Shown: piece by piece, positions 56,047 to 64,000 of the stretch
Numbering within the stretch: the stretch's first letter is position 1
Layout: every line of letters begins with the position of its first letter
NCBI RefSeq assembly: GCF_009914755.1
Contig: NC_060930.1
Source of the DNA: the human T2T-CHM13v2.0 reference genome, Homo sapiens
Strand: one strand, 5' to 3'
DNA length: 64,000 bases
Translations under genes and position numbers: made by a program
The notes under the pieces: generated by a model
Seen by the model: the letters and a program-made list of their open reading frames with translations, nothing else
What the model was told of the DNA's origin: nothing
Database searches by the model: none

Positions 56047-56644
56047 GTGAGCCTGTGCTTGAATCTCGTTTCTTTTTTTTCAGCAGCTCAGAGATGGAGT
56101 TTAAATCATTGATATACTTTATCTGAAAATATGTAATAATATGAGAACAGGAAGATTTAAAGGGGTTATTAAGATAATAAGATAGAAAAATCATCAGAAG
56201 AAATTTCTACACTTTATTGTATTTTAAGTGGGACCCTTTTTTCCTATCCCAAGGAATCTTAGATCAAGTTCAGTAGGTGGAGCTCTTAACTCTTACTTAA
56301 GGGGTTGCTAGACCTCAGCATTAGACCATCTGGTTTTGAATAAAAAGATTAAGCAGATATTAGTTTAAATTTGTATAGGTTTAGTCACAATATTTTACAC
56401 AAAGTACAAAAGGGTATGGTGAAAACCATCCTCCTACTCACTCCTTTCTTCTTCCCAGAAGTAACCAGTGTTACCAGCTTCTTCTGTATCTCCCAGAAAT
56501 AATCTATGCACATACAACACATATCTGGTTCATTTTCCTCCAACTTTTTGGTTTCGAAACATGTCAAAGCAACAGAAAGTTGCAACTATAGAACATTGAA
56601 CACACATATACCCTTCATCCATACCTTTGCCTTCCAATTTAGAG

Positions 56645-56935
56645 CTCCAGCAATTTGTGGCTATTAGGCACTAAAATGTAGCCAGTATGAATAGATGTTC
56701 TGTAAATGCAGGATCCACACTGTATGTTTAAGCCTTAGTATTTAAAAAAAAGAAATGTAAAATATCGTGTTAATACTTTTTACTTTAATTACATTTTTAA
56801 ATGAGAATAATTGGATATATTGGGTTAAATAAAATATTAAACTTAATTTTGCTTTCTTTTTACTTTTTTAATGTAGCTACTAGGATATTTAAAATTATAC
56901 ATGTCCTTACATTATATTTCTATCTTACAGTACTG
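56645..56935. mobile_element. MER33-like hAT-Charlie DNA transposon
   Basis: 'tgtggctattaggcactaaaatgtagccagt...ggatatattgggttaaataaaatattaa...tttttaatgtagctactagg...ttacagtactg'. Confidence 0.7.
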
Positions 56936-57434
56936 TTCTAGATTCATCAATTATTAATATTTTCCATATATGCTTTCTCTATTTTTTTTGGAACCATTTG
57001 GGGTTAGCTGCAGACAGCATGATGCTTTATCATACATACTAAACACCGTATTATGCATCTACTAAGAGCAATCAATATAATTATCAACTCAAGAAATTTA
57101 ATTCCACATTGTCATTTATTATATGGTCAATAATCAAATTTTCTAGTTGTCCTAATAATCTCATTTATAGTTTTTCTTTTAATCTAGGCTACACTCTTGG
57201 ATTATACCTTGCATTTAGTTGTCACGTATCTGTAGTCTCCTTCCTTTACTCTGGAACAGTTTCCCCAGCCTTTTTTCTTTTACATCATTGACCTTTTTGA
57301 ATAGTGGAGGACAATAGTTTCAGAAAGTTCGTCAATTTAAATATTTCTTCTGGCAGGACAACTATCCTAAGTGATATGTGCATTATATCAGAATGCACAT
57401 AATTCCAGTGTATCACATTACCTGTAATGGGTAA

Positions 57435-57882
57435 GTGTGGTAGGCAGAAATGTCCACTTCACCCTACAACACCAGAGATGTCACTGTCCTAATCCCCAGA
57501 ACATGTTGACATGTCACCTTACATGGCAAAAGGAACTTTGCAAATGTGATTAAGATTTTGAGATGGAGATTATCCTAGATTACCTGGATGGGCCCCAGTC
57601 ATCACAAGCGTTCTTATGAGTGAAAGAGGCGGGGGGCAGAGGAGTCAGGTCAGAGTGATGTGATGTGCAAAAGACTCATCTGGCCATTGCTGCCTTTGAA
57701 AAGGGAGGAAGGGGAACCACAAGCCAAGGAATGCAGGCGGTTCCTCTTCTCCCATAGGCTTCCAGACAAAAAGCAGCTCTGCCAACATCTTGACTTTAGC
57801 CCACTGAGACTTACGTTGTACTTCTGAACTACAGAACTGTAAGATAATAAATTTGTATGGCTTTAAGTCCCTAATTTAGTGG
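57435..57882 (+). mobile_element. ERVL-MaLR solo LTR (MLT1D/C-like) inside an antisense L1MC remnant
   Basis: 'tgtggtaggcagaa...gtcctaatccccagaac...catggcaaaaggaactttgcaaatgtgattaag...cagaactgtaagataataaatttgt'. Confidence 0.85.
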
Positions 57883-59591
57883 CTACGTACCGTCATTTGA
57901 TTAAGGTGTATGCTATATTTCTCCATCATAAAGCTACCTTTTATAACTGTAATTAATTGGCAAATGTTGGAAAAAGCAAATATCAATGGTGGAAGTGATT
58001 CTTTGAGACTGTAGACCATTCTGTTCCTCAGCAAACTTTTAGCCAATGGGTTTAGCATTCACTGATGATCCTTGTCTGAATCAATTATTGCTATAGTGAT
58101 GGCAAAATGGTGATATTTTATCATTCTTCTGAAAAGAACTTTCCCTCCTCTCCTCCCTCTTTGTATTCTTTATTTAATTTTTAAATATCAGCCTGGACTC
58201 ATATTCTTTTTTCTGTTTTAGTGAGTTTTTATTCAATGTGTTATATTCTGTTGCTGTCATTATTCATTTAAAACCTAAATCGTCCCAAATTCAGCCAGAG
58301 GGAGTCTATTCAAACTGGCTCCTGTGTTCTTTTGGAATGTCCCTATACATTTTTGAGCACTTCTTTACTTTCAAGCACAACATGGCCCAGGTACAGCCTG
58401 TACTTTATAACAGGAAGAATTAACATCTTCATGCATATATCTATTTTTCTTTAATTTCCTTTTTAAATTTTTTACACAAAGAGTAGCATACTCTACATGA
58501 TTTTCTGTATTTTTTAATTAATATCTTTTAGAGGGTGTTCATTATTTAAATGGAGTTTCCTCATTGTTTTTGACAACTGCAGGGTAGGTATTCCACTGTA
58601 TAGATATCTTACTAAAGCAGTTCCATATCATTGGGCATTTAGATTGTTTACAATCTTCTGCTGTTACCAAAGTACAGCCAAAAATAACCTTGGAACAACA
58701 TAATTTAACATTTAATTTTTATTAACTTGCCCACAAGTGATTCATCTTATAGAGTGCCAATTTCTGATTTGAAAATGTTAGAAGAAAAATCATGGCATCC
58801 AATTCATATTCAACTATCATTATAATTTATTTACAGTTTTTCAATTTGATCTCAACCTGAGTCAGCTGTCCTTCTTTTGTTTATTAAGCTATTCATTCAT
58901 TTGATAAACATTTATTGAATCTAATATATGTCAGGTACTATGTTGGACACCAAGGACACCACACTGAACAAAACAGGATCCCTGACCTTAAAACTTAGTC
59001 TGGTAGAGTTCAAGTAACCAAGCAATTATGGTATAATAAGAGAAATGTATCATCATAATAAGTTTATTTAATAGATTAAAAATCCATCTTTTATCACATA
59101 TACATGCTGATGGAATATAAAATGGTATAGCCACTCTAGAAAATAGTTTGGCAGTTTCTTAAAAAACTAAATATGCACTTACCATATGACTCAGCAAATG
59201 TACTCTTGGGCATTTATCCCAGAAAAATGAAAACTTATGTTCACATAAAACCTGCAAATGAATGTTCATAGCAGTAGCTTTATTCATAATAGCCAAAAAC
59301 TGGAGACAATTGAAATGCCCTTCAATGGGTGAATGGTTAAACAAACTGTGGTACATCGATATGCCTTGGAATATTATCTGAAAAGGGAAGGAACTATTGA
59401 TACACGTGATAACTTGGATAGATCTCAAGGGAATTATACTGAATGAGGAAAAAAGCCAATCTAAAAGGTTACGTACTATATGATTCAATTTATATAGCAT
59501 TCTTGAAATTATAGAGATGGGAGATTAGTGGTTGCCAGAAATAGGGATGTGGTGAAGAGGAAGATCAGTATGATTCTAAAGGAGTAGCTTA

Positions 59592-60062
<471 letters not shown>

Positions 60063-60811
60063 TCAATTTCCTAGTTTTGATATTGTAATGTAATTTTGTA
60101 AGACATTAATCATGGGGAGAAAACTAGGAGGAAACACAGGACTTCCCTGTACATTTTTTACAACTATTTATTAATCTGTAATTATTTCCCTTGAAAAAAA
60201 CCCCTATTAGCATAATCACTGTAAATTTCTTTTACCCAGTAATACAAACCACCACCACATAATGTCACTTTTTTAGGGATTCATTTCAAAATTTTAAATT
60301 ATATTTTAGCACCAATGTTGTAGCAGCTTATTTGAATATGTTTTTCAGAAAGTGTAAAAACTATGTAATGAATTCTCAAGCTACTGAACAGACTATTCGT
60401 AGAAGAAATAAGACAACAGGAAATTATTCAAAAGCAGATATTTTTAAATTAGCTGTGAATAAAAGAAAAGGAAAAATTTATTGGGCTAACTCTAAATAAT
60501 CAGCCATAAGTATGACATGATGACAGCTATGCGGACAACAATCCATGTCTATATACAGCAATATTTCTTTCTCAGTACACTCTGGTAGACGCCACAAAGA
60601 CGCCACAAAAAGGTGATTTCTAACTCCTCTTCAGATTTATAACAAGCCAAATGAAACACTGAACATAGGTCTATCCACAAAAGGACACTTACATTTTTCT
60701 CAAAACTCAAGATATTATCATAATTAACCAGTAGACAAATGACCCCAGTTTGTGAAAATGAGCCACTGCCTTAAATACTATTAAATAATAAACTCTCTTC
60801 TGCCTCTTTAG

Positions 60812-60888
60812 TTGCAGGATGGCTACTCGTATCCCTCCACACATGATCATCAGTATTTGCCTCCTGTGTCCCAACCGGCCTGAGTCAA
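60812..60888 (+). other. NCOA7: Probable 77-nt 5'UTR exon of NCOA7
   Basis: Good acceptor ctctcttctgcctctttag| and consensus donor CAA|gtaagt in non-repetitive sequence. A second AG lies 6 nt downstream. Confidence 0.65.
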
Positions 60889-61248
60889 GTAAGTGTATGA
60901 AAAGAGGTGTTTCTCTCTGCGCTAGAGAAAGAAGGATAGGTTCACTAAAGAGTGAATTTTCTTGGTGCTAGTAGCCTAAGCTCATCACTTAATGCATAAA
61001 ACTCCTCTCCCACAGCTTTTGAGAGACCTTCCAAAGACATTTCAATATTTTCAATAGCTCCAAGGTCATTACTTAACCAGTTTTGAAACTACACTCAAAA
61101 CTTACAAATTTTGTTAAAGAGTAAGCAACTCCCAAATTCTCCTAAGTGACTTCATCCTGTTATTTATACATCACATATGTACATATACATTCCTATAATC
61201 AAGTAATTCTAAATTTGGGACAAAATATCATACACAATAATCATTGTC

Positions 61249-61534
61249 TTTTTTTTTTTTTTTTTTTTTGAGATGAAGTCCGGCTCCGTCGCCCAGGCTG
61301 GAGTGCATAAGCGCGATCTGAGCGCAGCGCAACCTCTCCCTCTCGGGTTCAAGTGATTCTCCTGCCTCAGCCTCCCAAGTAGGTGGGATACAGGCATGTG
61401 CCACCATACCCAGCTAAGTTTTGTATTTTTAGTAGAGACAGAGTTTCATCGTGTTGGCCAGGCTTGTCTCAAACTCCTGACCTCAAGTGATCCACCCTCC
61501 TCGGCCTCCCAAAGTGCTGGGATTACAGGTGTGA
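61249..61534 (-). mobile_element. AluS, slightly 5'-truncated
   Basis: Poly(T) then an antisense Alu ending at 'gattacaggtgtga'. Confidence 0.93.
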
Positions 61535-61539
61535 AAATA

Positions 61540-61822
61540 GGCCAGGCGCAGGGGCTCATGTCTGTAGTCCCAGCACTTTGGCAGACTGAGGCAGATGGAT
61601 TGCTTGAGCCTAGGAGTTTGGGACCAGCCTGGGCAACATGGCGAAACTCCATCTCTACAAAAAATACAAAAATTAGCCGGGTGTGGTGGTGCATGACTGT
61701 AGTCCCAGCTACTTGGGAGGCTGAGGTGGGAAGATCAATGGAGCTGGGAGTTGGAGGTTGCACTCTAGCCTGGGTGACCTAATGAGACCCTGTCTGGAAG
61801 AAAAAAAAAAAAAAACAGAAAA
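61540..61822 (+). mobile_element. AluJ-like element
   Basis: 'ggattgcttgagcctaggagtttgggaccagcctgggcaacatgg'. TSD gaaaata at 61533-61539 and 61823-61829. Confidence 0.9.
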
Positions 61823-62834
61823 GAAAATACAGTAGAGCTCTAGATCAACCAGAGACTCAGGAGCCTTTCATTTGGGCAATGTTACAGCAATATTTGCCAA
61901 TATTTTTAGAATTCTAGTTTCATGAGACATTACTAGTGTTGTATTCAAAAACAGAAATACTAATCATGCTTCTTCATTACAAGAATTGTCTTTAGATAGA
62001 TAGGTAAGAAAAATACCGAACACATTTGCAGGATTGCCACTGTTTGGCAATGTTTCTCTAAGCCCGCCTACCTTAGCCCTCTAGAAAATCACTTGGGAGA
62101 AATCCTGTTGCCTGAACCCAGAGATCCAGCTGCCTCCCACAGGCTCAGCGAAACAAACAAATGGCGGAGTGAAGTGATCCCTCTCTTCTTCCTTTAAGAG
62201 AGGAAGGGATCTCTGCTTCTCTTATCTACTCCAAAGTCTCATCATACAAAGGTTGTTTATTCCTGCAAAAGTTAAATGACAAATCCACCTAAATTATCCT
62301 CCAATGGCCCATACCCTTCAACAGAGAAAGGCCAGTTTTCATATTTAAAGGTGGCCCTCACAGCCATAAAATCAGTGTGGTATTATATTTTTTCATTAAT
62401 TCAGCATTTACCAAGTAACTTCCGCAGCCAAGAACAGTGAAAAGTGTTAGGGATACCATTTTTAAAAACTTTATCATAATAAAGTATATTATTCTAGTAA
62501 TACCTTTGATTGATGGCCACATTCTAGACTTTAAGAACCACTTGGGATTATCTCCTTTAATTCCTATATCCACCCTATAAAGTTGGTACTGTTACCATTC
62601 TTTATGGATAAAGCATATCCTTTACGGATAAAGCAACTGAGGTTAAGTAGTTTACCCAAGGTCAGCACGTGGTGGAGCTGTAGTCTGAAGCCAGAGCCTG
62701 AATTCTTAAAGATTACCATGTTCTTAAGAAGTACACTTTCTACTGAGGTTTGATCTGTAGTATACTAAGATTTCCCAAATTATTTCATGTATTATATCTT
62801 ATCTCCCAATTAAAATTTGACCTTCTATTTAGGG

Positions 62835-62962
62835 CAGCACTGTTCAAAAGGATTTTCTGCAATAATGAAAATGTTCTAGTTTGTGCTATCCAAAAGCACA
62901 GTCTAGCCATAATTTAAATTTAAACGGCTACAAGTAGCTAAGGCATACAGTACTGGACAACA
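62835..62962. mobile_element. MER3-like hAT fossil (internally deleted)
   Basis: 'cagcactgttcaaaaggattttctgcaataatgaaaatgttcta...cagtactggacaacac'. Confidence 0.6.
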
Positions 62963-63175
62963 CATGCAAGGAAGAGTTTCATTTCTTCCGATTTATCTAT
63001 AAAGCCAAGGCTTAGGTAAATCAGTTAATGGAAAGGAACAAGTGAAGAATCTTTAGGAGGAGTTTGTACTCCCTTAGCTGGGGAGCAGAAATCTTTATTA
63101 TATCAGGACTTTCAGTATAATAAAAATGTTATAAGAAGCATATGATACAGCATGCAGTCCTAGAGGAGTTCATAA

Positions 63176-63516
<341 letters not shown>

Positions 63517-64000
63517 AGAAGACTGACGTTTTATAATTGATGGTCACAACTTTAAAAATTCATACTCAGTTATAGGTTTTTGTCTAATAAAAACATCACT
63601 GCTTAATTTATTTACAAAACATGGAGTCCATAGAGAGAAAAACAACAGGGGCCTCTTGATAGTAAAAGGATGAGAAACAGGGAAAACTTGTAAGTCAATG
63701 GACACTTCCTTCAGAAACTACATTCAAAACTTAAAAATTTTGTTAAAGAGTAAGCAACTGCCAAATTCTCCTAAGTGACTTCAACGTGTTACTTATACAT
63801 CAGATATGTACATACATATTCCTATAATCAAGTAATTCTAAGTTTGGGAAAATATCATAAATAATAATAGTTATCTTTTGAAAATAAAGTGGGGCTCTAG
63901 ATCAACCAGTGTCAGGAAGCAGCCAAGTCACACCCCACTGGGTGCTTCCTGGACAAGCGCAGTGCAGCTCCCACAGGGCCTCACACCCAACCTTCAATTT

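Overview
This window is human (hominid) genomic DNA from the HEY2-NCOA7 region, which I recognise as 6q22.31. It holds the complete five-exon HEY2 gene on the + strand. The CDS is 24292-24374, 26316-26394, 26522-26605, 28980-29061 and 33632-34317, totalling 1014 nt or 337 aa (bHLH, Orange, YRPW/TEVGAF). HEY2 has a CpG-island promoter with two CGTGGGAA RBPJ sites and a ~1.5-kb 3'UTR. Further right lie an intact tRNA-Glu(CTC) gene (- strand, 54922-54993) and two probable non-coding 5' exons of NCOA7. The rest is repeat-rich: Alu, L1, L2, MIR, MaLR LTRs, hAT fossils, a full-length SVA and a HERV-K LTR5 solo LTR. There is no prokaryote-type system and I found no clearly new pathway. The most unusual structure is a ~7-kb block at 44.6-51.5 kb with three linked parts. 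First, an SVA appears to carry a 5'-transduced L1 fragment. Second, a palindromic AT-rich array contains a 111-bp inverted copy of sequence found ~3 kb away, later split by an AluY. Third, an LTR5 is the inverted homologue of the SVA SINE-R, so two inverted-repeat pairs nest around a cruciform-prone core. Other candidates are a three-exon, all-phase-0, LTR-initiated 189-codon ORF upstream of HEY2, a HEY2 exon-4 acceptor built from a microsatellite, and a ~195-bp direct duplication that preserves the empty site of a head-to-head Alu pair. Repeat subfamily names and boundaries without TSD support are by-eye estimates.
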